32,000 nucleotides of DNA from Buchnera aphidicola str. APS (Acyrthosiphon pisum) (GTDB taxonomy: Bacteria; Pseudomonadota; Gammaproteobacteria; Enterobacterales; Enterobacteriaceae). Shown here piece after piece: positions 19,831 to 29,245 of the stretch (position 1 is its first letter; every line of letters starts with the position of its first letter). The position numbers and the translations under genes were made by a program. A model generated the notes under the pieces. It was not told the origin of the DNA and did not search any database. It saw only the letters and a list, made by a program, of their open reading frames with translations. Where the stretch lies: the NCBI RefSeq assembly GCF_000009605.1, contig NC_002528.1, forward strand, positions 180,001-212,000. Reading direction: 5' to 3'.

Positions 19831-20493
19831 ATGATTTTATCCTGGAAAGATGTTTTATCTCAAGAAAAAAAAAAAAAATATTTTATTAATATAATTAGAT
19901 TCCTTAAAAAAGAACGTTTAAAAAAAATAATTTATCCTGATCAAAAAGATATATTTAACGCCTTTTTTTTAACTAGTTTTAACGATATAAAAGTTGTTAT
20001 TCTTGGACAGGATCCATATTTCTCTAAAAATCAGGCACACGGTTTATCGTTTTCTGTACCTAAACATGTCACTATACCACCTTCTCTAAAGAATATATAC
20101 AAGGAGTTAAATACTGATTTCAAAAAAGAACATATATTTCATCACGGATGTCTTGAAAGTTGGGCTAATCAAGGTGTTTTTTTATTAAATAGTATTTTAA
20201 CAGTCGAATCAGGAAAACCAAAATCGCATAGTAATATAGGCTGGAATATTTTTACTGATAAAGTTATTTCTGTAATTAATTTGTATAAAAATTCTGTTGT
20301 TTTCTTGTTTTGGGGTAGTAATGCGCAAAAAAAATCTCATTTAATTAATAGAAAAAATCACTATATATTAAAAGCAGCTCATCCTTCTCCATTATCAGCA
20401 TACCGAGGTTTTTTTGGGTGTAAACATTTTTCTTTAACTAATAAAATATTACTCAAAACAAAAAAAAAACCAATTAATTGGTTTTTGATTTAA
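19831..20493 (+). CDS. ung: Uracil-DNA glycosylase (start at 19831 preferred over 19792)
   Basis: MILSWKDVLSQEKKKKYF, catalytic VVILGQDPYFSKNQAHGLSFSV and AAHPSPLSAYRGFFGCKHF. Confidence 0.97.
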   Translation: MILSWKDVLSQEKKKKYFINIIRFLKKERLKKIIYPDQKDIFNAFFLTSFNDIKVVILGQDPYFSKNQAHGLSFSVPKHVTIPPSLKNIYKELNTDFKKEHIFHHGCLESWANQGVFLLNSILTVESGKPKSHSNIGWNIFTDKVISVINLYKNSVVFLFWGSNAQKKSHLINRKNHYILKAAHPSPLSAYRGFFGCKHFSLTNKILLKTKKKPINWFLI

Positions 20494-20568
20494 AAATAGA
20501 AAAAATTTTTCTATTTTTAAATGTGAAAAATTATTTTTGAAAAAAAATTTTAAAAATAGAAAATAATA

Positions 20569-21135
20569 TTAATTTTCAGCGACTATAACACTTGCTTTTC
20601 TTAAAACTATTTTATTAAAAGTAAAGCCTTTTTTATTAACAGAAATAACATGATTAGGTAGTGTTTCTTTAGATAATTCTCTTGAAACTAATTCGTGAAT
20701 GTCAGGATTAAAAACTTTATTTTTTTGACCTTCAATTTTAACACCTAATTTATTCAATATATTTAGTAAAGATTCTAATGTAAGCTCGATGCCCTTTATT
20801 ATAGGTTGATCTTTGATATCTACTGTAGTAGATAAATTTAAAATATCTTCTAAAGAATCTATTACTGGAATGATTGATTTTAAAAACCTTTCAATTTCTG
20901 TTTTTTTTATTTTTTCTATTTTTTCTTCAGTATTTTTTTTTATATTCTCTATATTTGCTAATTTTCGTAATTCAATATCGTTTATTTTTTTTTGATTTTG
21001 AAGAAGTTTTAGTTTTAAATTTTCTATTTTTTGATTTTGCACAGTAATGGCATCAATCAAGTTTTCTTTTTTTTCTTCTATCTTATTGTTTTTGAAAATT
21101 TTTTTTTCATCTAATTTATTTTCTTTATTATCCAT
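20569..21135 (-). CDS. grpE: GrpE nucleotide exchange factor (start at 21135 preferred over 21147)
   Basis: Coiled-coil Lys-rich N-terminus, ANIENIKKNTEEKIEKIKK, FLKSIIPVIDSLEDIL, IKGIELTLESLLNILNKLGVKI, FNPDIHELVS. Divergent from nadK as in E. coli. Confidence 0.93.
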   Translation of the reverse strand: MDNKENKLDEKKIFKNNKIEEKKENLIDAITVQNQKIENLKLKLLQNQKKINDIELRKLANIENIKKNTEEKIEKIKKTEIERFLKSIIPVIDSLEDILNLSTTVDIKDQPIIKGIELTLESLLNILNKLGVKIEGQKNKVFNPDIHELVSRELSKETLPNHVISVNKKGFTFNKIVLRKASVIVAEN

Positions 21136-21169
21136 AAAATTTACCATTTATGATGTTGATGATTAAGAT

Positions 21170-21198
21170 ATTATAAAGCCTATAATTAATCTTTCAAG
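21170..21198 (-). promoter_or_regulatory. Putative grpE promoter: CTTGAAA (-35) with TATAAT (-10), 16-nt spacer
   Basis: Minus-strand reading CTTGAAA gattaattataggctt TATAAT. TTGAAA-N16-TATAAT fits sigma70; CTTGAAA also equals a sigma32 -35 core. Confidence 0.5.
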
Positions 21199-21251
21199 AC
21201 TGTTTGCTATTATAATATAATAGATGTTATTTTATTAGGAATTCTTATGTA

Positions 21252-22130
21252 ATGAAGCAACATTTCACTTGTATCGGTATTGTTGGGCGTCCCCGTCATG
21301 ACAGTGCACTGATAACACATAAAACTCTTTATGAATGGTTGATAAAAAATGGTTACAAGGTTTTTATTGAACATACTGTTGCTAGAGAATTAAAATTGAA
21401 TAATCCCAATACTGCTACATTAATTGAAATTGGGGAATTTTGTGATTTAGCAGTAGTTATAGGAGGAGATGGTAATTTATTATGTGCTGCACGTGTTTTA
21501 TCATTTTATAATATTAAAATTATTGGAATTAATCGAGGTAATCTAGGTTTTCTTGCTGATTTAAATCCTGATACTGGTTTAAAAAAATTATCAGAAGTAT
21601 TATCTGGTAATTATTCACTAGAAAATCGATTTTTATTGGATGCACAGGTCTGTCAAAAAAAGATAATTTCAAGATCTAGCATAGCAATTAATGAAGTAGT
21701 TTTACATACAAAGAATTTAGCTCATATGATAGAATTTGAAGTTTATATTGATAATAAATTTTCTTTTTCTCAACGCGCAGATGGATTAATTGTTTCAACA
21801 CCCACCGGTTCTACCGGTTATTCACTTTCGGCTGGAGGACCAATTATAGCAGCATCTTTAGATGCTATTGTATTGGTGCCAATGTTTCCGCATACTTTAT
21901 CTGCACGCCCCTTAGTAATTCATAGCGACAGTATAATTTGTTTAAAATTTTCAAATATTCAAACCAATCTTAAAATAAGCTGTGATAGTCAGATTATTTT
22001 AACAATCAAAAAAGGTGAATGTGTATTTATTCGTCGAAGTTGTTATTATTTAAATCTCATCCATCCTAAAAGTTATAATTATTTTAAAACTCTCACATCT
22101 AAGCTAAGTTGGTCTAAAAAATTTTTTTAA
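21252..22130 (+). CDS. nadK: NAD kinase
   Basis: 292-aa ORF with [24 protein letters not shown] and [22 protein letters not shown]. Confidence 0.98.
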   Translation: MKQHFTCIGIVGRPRHDSALITHKTLYEWLIKNGYKVFIEHTVARELKLNNPNTATLIEIGEFCDLAVVIGGDGNLLCAARVLSFYNIKIIGINRGNLGFLADLNPDTGLKKLSEVLSGNYSLENRFLLDAQVCQKKIISRSSIAINEVVLHTKNLAHMIEFEVYIDNKFSFSQRADGLIVSTPTGSTGYSLSAGGPIIAASLDAIVLVPMFPHTLSARPLVIHSDSIICLKFSNIQTNLKISCDSQIILTIKKGECVFIRRSCYYLNLIHPKSYNYFKTLTSKLSWSKKFF

Positions 22131-22262
22131 AATTATTAAAAATAAGATAACTAAAATTAATTAAAATATTTTTTATATAACATATTTTTTTAGAAAGAAC
22201 ATCATAGGATATGAATAAAAAATATTAATTATTTTTTATTTAAACTGCGATAGGGTATTATA

Positions 22263-22571
22263 ATGAATAATTATATTAAAGCGTTATTGATAATTATTTG
22301 TTTTTCTAGTTGTTCAATATCAGATAAAAACAAATATAATCTCGATGTTTTAGAGGCAACACATTTAAATAAAAATATCTTAAATAGAAATTACGTTGGT
22401 ATGACAAGACAGCAAATAGTTTACATTTTTGGAATACCAATTATTTCTGATTCTTTTGATGATATATATCATTATTACTTATCTGATTCAAAAAATAATA
22501 ATGTTTATCCAAAAAAAATGTTAAATCTTTATTTTAAAGATAACAAAGTTTTTAAGTTTAACATGACATAA
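22263..22571 (+). CDS. bamE: Outer membrane assembly lipoprotein BamE (SmpA)
   Basis: 102-aa ORF with lipobox-like IICFSSC and NYVGMTRQQIVYIFGIPIISDSF...YHYYLSD. Downstream of nadK, as in E. coli once recN is removed. Confidence 0.93.
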   Translation: MNNYIKALLIIICFSSCSISDKNKYNLDVLEATHLNKNILNRNYVGMTRQQIVYIFGIPIISDSFDDIYHYYLSDSKNNNVYPKKMLNLYFKDNKVFKFNMT

Positions 22572-22611
22572 TTTATGACAAACTTTATTCGAAATATTAT
22601 AAAATTTTTTT

Positions 22612-22977
22612 TGGAGCTGGCGGGATTCGAACCCGCGTCCAAAATTTCTACTAATAAAGCCCTACATGCTTAGTTTTTTCTTTATTGAATTCATTACCTA
22701 ATTTGGAAAAACACATATTAGGTATATAGCTTGAAAAAACTACTTCGTGTTATCGTCAAGCTTGATATCCACGTTTTTCTCTTTTTCTGACCTTCCTGTT
22801 TTCTCATCCTAAGAGAAGGAGGATAAGAAGGAAGGGCTTTATTCAGTTTTTTAAGCTGCTAAAGCGTAGTTTTGTTTATTATTTGCAATTATTTTTTTAC
22901 GGCTTTTATCGAGGCAAACCGTTCCTCGGCATGCACTTTACTTTGTTGATAATTTTGTCAAATCCAAAAACAGCCCC
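22612..22977 (-). ncRNA. ssrA: tmRNA (10Sa RNA), tag peptide ANNKQNYALAA
   Basis: Minus-strand 5' GGGGCUGUUUUUGGAUUUGAC pairs with 3' GGACGCGGGUUCGAAUCCCGCCAGCUCCA. Conserved CAUGCCGAGG region and tag frame GCA AAT AAT AAA CAA AAC TAC GCT TTA GCA GCT TAA at 22886-22851. Confidence 0.97.
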
Positions 22978-23107
22978 TCTTTTTTTAAAAATGTAGTATT
23001 ACAAAAAAAAATAATTTTGTCTATTAATTATTTCAGAGTCTTTTGATAAAATTTTTACATGAATATTTTAAATATATTTTTTATAACACTTGAACAGGGA
23101 AATTAAT

Positions 23108-23434
23108 ATGAGTATTTTTCAAAAAATAAAAAAGCAGATTCAAGATAATATTATTTTGATTTATATGAAAGGAACTCCTGAAGCTCCTAGTTGTGGTTTT
23201 TCTGCACAAGCAGTGCAAGCTTTATCGTTTTGCGGAGAAAAATTTGCTTACGTAAATATTTTAGAAAATCCTGATATTAGAAGTGAATTGCCAAAATACG
23301 CAAATTGGCCAACATTTCCGCAATTATGGATAGATGGTGAATTAATTGGTGGGTGTAGTATTATTCTTGAAATGCTAGAAAATGGTGAATTAAAAAAACT
23401 AATATTAAAGGTAAAAAAAAAATATCAAACTTAA
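23108..23434 (+). CDS. grxD: Monothiol glutaredoxin (start at 23108 preferred over 23090)
   Basis: IYMKGTPEAPSCGFSAQAVQAL with CGFS active site, plus NWPTFPQLWIDGELIGGCSII. Confidence 0.97.
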   Translation: MSIFQKIKKQIQDNIILIYMKGTPEAPSCGFSAQAVQALSFCGEKFAYVNILENPDIRSELPKYANWPTFPQLWIDGELIGGCSIILEMLENGELKKLILKVKKKYQT

Positions 23435-23475
23435 TCTTTAAGGAAGATAGGCGCAAATAATATATACATGAAAAT

Positions 23476-23541
23476 AGATATGACATGAAGCGAAGAGCAT
23501 TAAAAAAATTGATCTTTGTTCTTTATGTCATATCTTTTTTA
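23476..23541 (+). terminator. Hairpin plus T tract between convergent grxD and rnt
   Basis: Arms agatatgacatgaag (23476-23490) and ctttatgtcatatct (23521-23535) form 15 bp with one G.U, immediately followed by T's; low GC but terminator-like for grxD. Confidence 0.6.
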
Positions 23542-23577
23542 TTAAAAAAACTTTAAAATATAAAACTTACTTAGGTT

Positions 23578-24246
23578 TTAATATTTATTTGAGGTACTAT
23601 TATTTTTTTTTATATCAACAGGCCAACCACCTAAACGTTTCCAACGATTTACTAATTCACAAAAAAGATTAGCAGTTTGCAAGGTATCATAAAGTGCAGA
23701 GTGAGCTTGATGGTTGTCAAATGATAAACCAATAGCTTTGCATGCTTTGGATAAGACAGTTTGACCGACTACTAATCCACTTAATGCGGCTGTATCAAAT
23801 GTAGCAAATGGATGAAAAGGATTATTTTTTATTTTTACTCTCTGAATCGCTGCCATTAAAAAATTGTGATCAAAATTTGCATTGTGTGCCACAACAATTC
23901 CTCTACTGCATCCTTGTATTTTAATTCCGTTTCGCACTTTTTTTAATATAGATTGAATGGCTATTTTTTCACTAATAGCACCACGCAATGGGTTAAATGG
24001 ATCAATTTTATTAAAAGCTATGGCATCGGAGTTTATTATTGACCCTTTGAATGGTTCTATATGAAAGTGTAATGTGTCTTCTTTATGTAACCATCCTAAT
24101 TCATCCATTTTTAATGTTATTATAGCAATTTCTAATACTGCATCGGTATTTGCATTAAATCCTGCTGTTTCAATATCTATAACAACAGGATAAAAAGTAC
24201 GAAATCGATTGCTTAATAAATTAAATTCTTGGTTTGTAGACATCAA
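23578..24246 (-). CDS. rnt: Ribonuclease T
   Basis: DEDD exonuclease: [80 protein letters not shown]. Confidence 0.97.
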   Translation of the reverse strand: MMSTNQEFNLLSNRFRTFYPVVIDIETAGFNANTDAVLEIAIITLKMDELGWLHKEDTLHFHIEPFKGSIINSDAIAFNKIDPFNPLRGAISEKIAIQSILKKVRNGIKIQGCSRGIVVAHNANFDHNFLMAAIQRVKIKNNPFHPFATFDTAALSGLVVGQTVLSKACKAIGLSFDNHQAHSALYDTLQTANLFCELVNRWKRLGGWPVDIKKNNSTSNKY

Positions 24247-24462
24247 GATCTCATTCTTAAAATACTTTATGTTTAATTTAGTTAATTTTTTCTATATTAT
24301 TACAGTTTTAATTGTAGATACTTTTAAAATATGTATTATGATTCTTGTGAATGCTTTAATAATTGTACTATAATTTATAAAAATATTTAAGATTAAATTA
24401 TTCATTTAATGCTTTTAAAAATCATGTCATAATTTTATTATCATCGTCTTTAGGAAAATAAA

Positions 24463-25074
24463 ATGAGTTATGTTCTTCCTTCTTTACCTTATTCATACAA
24501 TGCGTTAGAACCATTTTTTGATGAAGAAACTATGAAAATTCATCATACTAAACATCATCAAAATTATATCAATAATACTAATTCTATTTTAGAAAATACA
24601 ACTTTTTCTTCATTGCCTATAGAAGAATTAATATCTATTTTAAATGAAATTATTTTAGAAAAGAAAAATGCATTACGTAATAATGCAGGAGGTCATATAA
24701 ATCATAGTTTTTTTTGGAAAAGTTTAAAATCAGGAACAGTTTTAACAAATGATCTAAAAATAGAAATAGAAAAACAATTTGGTACTATTGATGAATTTAA
24801 AGAAAAATTTGAATCAGTAGCACTAAATCATTTTGGATCAGGCTGGGTCTGGTTAGTAAATCAAAATGGTGTATTATCTATAGTTTCTACTGTCAATCAA
24901 GATAGTCCGTTGATGGGAAAATTGATATCTAATACTTATGGATATCCAATTATTGGGTTAGATATTTGGGAACATGCTTATTATTTAAAATATCAAAATA
25001 GACGTTTAGATTACATTAAATCTTTTTGGAATGTTGTTAATTGGGAAGAAGCATCTAATCGTCTGCAAAAATAG
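24463..25074 (+). CDS. sodA: Manganese superoxide dismutase
   Basis: 203-aa ORF: [74 protein letters not shown]; matches the SodA rather than SodB pattern. Confidence 0.97.
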   Translation: MSYVLPSLPYSYNALEPFFDEETMKIHHTKHHQNYINNTNSILENTTFSSLPIEELISILNEIILEKKNALRNNAGGHINHSFFWKSLKSGTVLTNDLKIEIEKQFGTIDEFKEKFESVALNHFGSGWVWLVNQNGVLSIVSTVNQDSPLMGKLISNTYGYPIIGLDIWEHAYYLKYQNRRLDYIKSFWNVVNWEEASNRLQK

Positions 25075-25246
25075 TTTATTTAAAAAAAATACACTATTAT
25101 TATTTTGTATATGTTCAATACTATTTTATTAATTTGTCAGTAGTGTTGCTCGTATAATTTTTAAAAAACATATAATATATATTATATGTTTTTTTATATC
25201 TCTTATAAAATATCAAAATGATTATTGTGAGTTTAAAGGATATTTC

Positions 25247-25795
25247 TTGAATACTATAAAAATGATAGTCGGGTTGTCTAATCCAAAAAAAGAATATCAT
25301 AGTACACGTCATAATGTAGGGTCTTGGTACCTTTATTCTTTAGCAGAAAGTTATTTAAGAAATTTTAAAAATGAAAAAAAATTTTTTGGTTTTACCACCT
25401 CTCTAAATATAGAGTCAAATTATATTCGATTACTTATTCCGAATATATTTATGAATATAAATGGTCAGTCGGTATTTAAAATGGCATCCTTTTATAATAT
25501 CAATTTAAGTGAAATATTAATTGTTCATGATGATTTAGAACTTCAACCTGGTATTTCAAAATTAAAATATAGTTATGGACATAATGGACATAATGGATTA
25601 AGAGATATCGTTAACACATTCAATAAGAATATTAATTTTTATCGATTTAGAATTGGTATTGGTCGCCCAATAAATCGTGATCAAATAGCTTCTTTTGTCT
25701 TATCAAACCCCACAAAAAAAGAGAAGATATTAATTCAAAAATCAATTTTACATGCAATAGAAAAAAATGTTCTTTCAAATATTTTAAAATTTTAA
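25247..25795 (+). CDS. pth: Peptidyl-tRNA hydrolase
   Basis: [64 protein letters not shown] start at 25247 is plausible; ATG at 25262 is an alternative. Confidence 0.95.
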   Translation: MNTIKMIVGLSNPKKEYHSTRHNVGSWYLYSLAESYLRNFKNEKKFFGFTTSLNIESNYIRLLIPNIFMNINGQSVFKMASFYNINLSEILIVHDDLELQPGISKLKYSYGHNGHNGLRDIVNTFNKNINFYRFRIGIGRPINRDQIASFVLSNPTKKEKILIQKSILHAIEKNVLSNILKF

Positions 25796-25835
25796 TTAGA
25801 TAAAAATATTTTCTATTTTTCAAGGCGCATGAGAT

Positions 25836-26924
25836 ATGGGTTTTAAATGTGGTATAATAGGATTGCCTAATGTTGGGAAATCTACTCTGTTTAATCTTTT
25901 AACTAAAGGAAATTCGGCTGTTGCTAATTTCCCATTTTGTACCATTAAACCAAATATAGGCATCGTTCCAGTTATTGATGAACGTATTAATAATCTTAAT
26001 CAAATTGTTTCTCCTCAAAAAACAGTTAATGCATTCATAGAATTTATAGATATTGCAGGGTTAGTTAAGGGAGCATCTCAAGGTGAAGGATTGGGTAATC
26101 AATTTTTAGGTAATATAAGAGATGTGCATGCTATAGCACATGTTGTTCGTTGTTTCAAAGATGATAATATTACTCATATTTATAATCAAGTGCAACCTAT
26201 TAAAGATATAGATATTATTAATAGCGAATTGATATTATCTGATTTTGATCTTTGTGAAAAAACTATATTAAAATTACAAAAAAAAACATTGTTAAAAAAC
26301 AAAGAAACACAAGAAAAAATTAATACTTTAAAAAAATGCCTTAACCATTTGAAACAGTTTTTCATGTTAAAAACTCTTAATTTAAATAAAACTGAAAAAC
26401 AATTAATTAGTTATTTGCGTTTTTTGACTTTAAAGCCAACAATGTATATTGCCAATATTAATGAAGAAAAAGAATCTTATTATTTTTTAGATAAATTAAA
26501 TGAAATTGCTAAAAAAGAAGGATCTATAGTTATTCCTATTCATGCAAATCTAGAATTGGATCTAGTTAAAATGAGCGATGAAGAAAAAAAATCTTTTATG
26601 AAATTATTTAATATAAAAACTTTGGGTTTAAATAGTATTATTTCTTCTGGTTATCATTTATTAAATTTAATAACTTTTTTTACTGTAGGTGATAAGGAAA
26701 TTCGAGCTTGGGCAATTCCTAATGGTAGTACTAGTATTGAAGCTGCTCATAAAATACATAGTGATTTTAGTAAAGGTTTTATTAGAGCACAGATTATTAA
26801 ATATGTAGATTTTATAACATATAAAAGTGAAGCCAAGATTAAAGAAATGGGAAAATTTAGAACAGAAGGAAAACAATATTATATTCAAGATGGTGATATT
26901 ATTCATTTTTTATTCAATGTTTAA
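25836..26924 (+). CDS. ychF: Redox-regulated ATPase YchF (Obg family)
   Basis: MGFKCGIIGLPNVGKSTLFNLLTKG, FIDIAGLVKGASQGEGLGNQFL, C-terminal GKFRTEGKQYYIQDGDIIHFLFNV. Confidence 0.98.
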   Translation: MGFKCGIIGLPNVGKSTLFNLLTKGNSAVANFPFCTIKPNIGIVPVIDERINNLNQIVSPQKTVNAFIEFIDIAGLVKGASQGEGLGNQFLGNIRDVHAIAHVVRCFKDDNITHIYNQVQPIKDIDIINSELILSDFDLCEKTILKLQKKTLLKNKETQEKINTLKKCLNHLKQFFMLKTLNLNKTEKQLISYLRFLTLKPTMYIANINEEKESYYFLDKLNEIAKKEGSIVIPIHANLELDLVKMSDEEKKSFMKLFNIKTLGLNSIISSGYHLLNLITFFTVGDKEIRAWAIPNGSTSIEAAHKIHSDFSKGFIRAQIIKYVDFITYKSEAKIKEMGKFRTEGKQYYIQDGDIIHFLFNV

Positions 26925-26963
26925 AAAAATTAACTGTTAAAATTTTTGTATATGTTGTTTTTT

Positions 26964-26990
26964 TAGAGAGGAAAAAAATGATCCTCTCTA
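26964..26990. terminator. Hairpin between convergent ychF and thrC: tagagagga / tcctctcta
   Basis: Perfect 9-bp arms with a 9-nt loop between two convergent stops; no strong U tract directly 3' on either strand. Confidence 0.45.
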
Positions 26991-26999
26991 ATGCAATAT

Positions 27000-28289
27000 T
27001 TATTTTTCTAATAAAAACGTTTTTAATTTACTAAAAACAGGGTTAATATTATGAGATAATAATGGTAAATCAATTCTATTTTGTAGTTCAGAAGGCAGTG
27101 AAATTTTATTTTTTAATATTTTTTCTACAGTATTTTTAAATTTAGCCGGATGAGCGGTGCCTAAAAATAAGCCAAATTCATTTTCTTTTAATTGATCTCG
27201 CAACAATCTATATGCTATTGCTGCATGAGGTTCAGAAACATAACCTAATTTAAATAGTTCTTTTAATGTTTCTTCTGTAGTATGATCCGATACACTTCCA
27301 AACCTAAGTTTTTTTAAATCCCATTTTTTTCGATAAAATAATTCTTCAATTCGAGTCCAATTATTAGGTTGACTGATATCCATAGCATTAGAAATTGTAG
27401 ATACAGTTTTTTTAGGATTCCACGTACCATTATTAAGGAATCTTGGTACGGTATCATTCGCATTCGTACATGCTATAAATGATTTGATTGGCAAACCAAG
27501 AGATTTAGATAATAATCCAGCTGTTAAATTTCCAAAATTACCGCATGGAACTGCTATTACTAAATTTTTTCTTTGTTCTTCTGAAATTAAAGAGAAAGCT
27601 TCAAAATAATAACAGATTTGTGCTAATAATCTACTTATATTAATTGAATTAGCTGAATTTAATCCTATTGATTCTTTCAGTTTTTTATCGTTAAAAGCTT
27701 CTTTTACTAATTTTTGACAATCGTCAAAACTACCATTAATTGATATAGTTTTTATATTTCTACCTAAAGTACAAAATAATTTCTCTTGTAATTCACTGAT
27801 CTTGCCTTTAGGATATAAAATAATTACTCGCACATTTTTCATTCCATAGAATGCATTTGCTACCGCTGCACCTGTATCACCTGATGTTGCAGTTAAAATA
27901 GTAACTGATTCATTTTTTTTATTTAGTAATAATATCATTTGAGCCATAAAACGAGCTCCAAAATCTTTAAACGCCAATGTTGGACCGTGAAACAGTTCGA
28001 AGCAATGTATATCTTTTGTAATTTTTATTTTTAATGGATGTTTAAATGAAAATGCTTGTTTAACATGTTTATATAGTTCTTCTTTAGATATTTCATGACA
28101 AATGAATTTAGAAAGTATTTCAGTACTACGAGTAATAAAATCCATTTTTAATATTTTTGATAATTCAATAGGAGTAATAGTAGGTAATTCTACAGGGAAA
28201 AACAACCCTTGTTGCTGACCTAATCCTAATTTTACGGCTGCTTCAAAATTTACTTGTTCGTTATGGTTTTTTAAATTGTAAAGTTTCAT
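27000..28289 (-). CDS. thrC: Threonine synthase
   Basis: 429-aa ORF with PLP-lysine motif HGPTLAFKDFGARFMAQ, TSGDTGAAVANAFYG and GNFGNLTAGLLSK. Confidence 0.98.
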   Translation of the reverse strand: MKLYNLKNHNEQVNFEAAVKLGLGQQQGLFFPVELPTITPIELSKILKMDFITRSTEILSKFICHEISKEELYKHVKQAFSFKHPLKIKITKDIHCFELFHGPTLAFKDFGARFMAQMILLLNKKNESVTILTATSGDTGAAVANAFYGMKNVRVIILYPKGKISELQEKLFCTLGRNIKTISINGSFDDCQKLVKEAFNDKKLKESIGLNSANSINISRLLAQICYYFEAFSLISEEQRKNLVIAVPCGNFGNLTAGLLSKSLGLPIKSFIACTNANDTVPRFLNNGTWNPKKTVSTISNAMDISQPNNWTRIEELFYRKKWDLKKLRFGSVSDHTTEETLKELFKLGYVSEPHAAIAYRLLRDQLKENEFGLFLGTAHPAKFKNTVEKILKNKISLPSELQNRIDLPLLSHNINPVFSKLKTFLLEK

Positions 28290-28295
28290 TTTTTT

Positions 28296-29225
28296 TTATC
28301 CTATTTTACGTACACCCTTTGAATCTAAAAAACAAATATGAACAAATCCTGTTGTATTTTGTAAATAATTTTCTGTTAACCATGCGGATATTTTTTGAGC
28401 TGTATTTATGTTATCAGAAATAGAAAAAATAGTAGGTCCAGAGCCAGATATTCCAGAGCTTATAGCACCAATTTTTTTAATTTTTTCTTTTACATACAAA
28501 TAATTAGGTAATAATTTAATACGATATGGCTCTGCGATAAAATCTTGCATCAATCGTGCTGCTAGATGAGGTTGTTGACTGTATGAAGCATGAATAAAAC
28601 CTGCTAAATAACGACTATTTTTAATACATGTTTCTTTTTTATATTTTTTTGGTAGTATGTCTCTTGCTTCTGCAGTAGGAACTTTAGTTCCAGGCCAGGC
28701 TACTATCCAAAACCAATTTTTAAAATTTGGAATAGTTTGACTTATTATTTTTGAATCTTCTAATATTAGCTGAAGTCCTCCTAGATAACATGGGGCAACA
28801 TTATCATAGTGTATACTGCCTGATATTTCGCCTTCTACTTCCCCCATAAGAAGTAGTAATTCTTTTGAATTTAAGGGTTTATCGCAAAATTCATTCATTG
28901 CAACTAAAGTAGCTACTATTGAACAGGCACTAGAACCTAATCCTGATCCAATAGGCATATTTTTTTCTAGTATAATAGAAACTGGAATATTTCTTTTTAT
29001 GGTATTACAAAATTTTAACCAGCACTTCCAAACAATATTTTGTTCGGTATTTTTAGGTAATTTATTAGAAAATATACCTTTATTAACTAAATTAAATTTG
29101 TTTGATAATTTTACTGTTACAAAATCGCCCAATAAAGAACCATTGACAGGTATAATTGCTGCACCTAAAATATCAAATCCTACTCCAACGTTACCAATAG
29201 AAGCTGGTGCATAAATTTTAATCAT
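28296..29225 (-). CDS. thrB: Homoserine kinase
   Basis: 309-aa GHMP kinase ORF: [15 protein letters not shown]-like start, [28 protein letters not shown]. Confidence 0.98.
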   Translation of the reverse strand: MIKIYAPASIGNVGVGFDILGAAIIPVNGSLLGDFVTVKLSNKFNLVNKGIFSNKLPKNTEQNIVWKCWLKFCNTIKRNIPVSIILEKNMPIGSGLGSSACSIVATLVAMNEFCDKPLNSKELLLLMGEVEGEISGSIHYDNVAPCYLGGLQLILEDSKIISQTIPNFKNWFWIVAWPGTKVPTAEARDILPKKYKKETCIKNSRYLAGFIHASYSQQPHLAARLMQDFIAEPYRIKLLPNYLYVKEKIKKIGAISSGISGSGPTIFSISDNINTAQKISAWLTENYLQNTTGFVHICFLDSKGVRKIG

Positions 29226-29245
29226 TATTACTATGCTCCTGACGT

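Noticed and set aside
20813-20995. 60-aa plus-strand ORF inside grpE
   Set aside because: Antisense to the Lys-rich coiled coil of grpE, giving a spurious Phe/Ser-rich hydrophobic protein.
25121-25312. 63-aa minus-strand ORF spanning the sodA-pth gap and the pth start
   Set aside because: No domain, low complexity, overlaps the conserved pth N-terminus.
26667-26906. 79-aa minus-strand ORF inside ychF
   Set aside because: Antisense to the conserved C-terminal domain of ychF.
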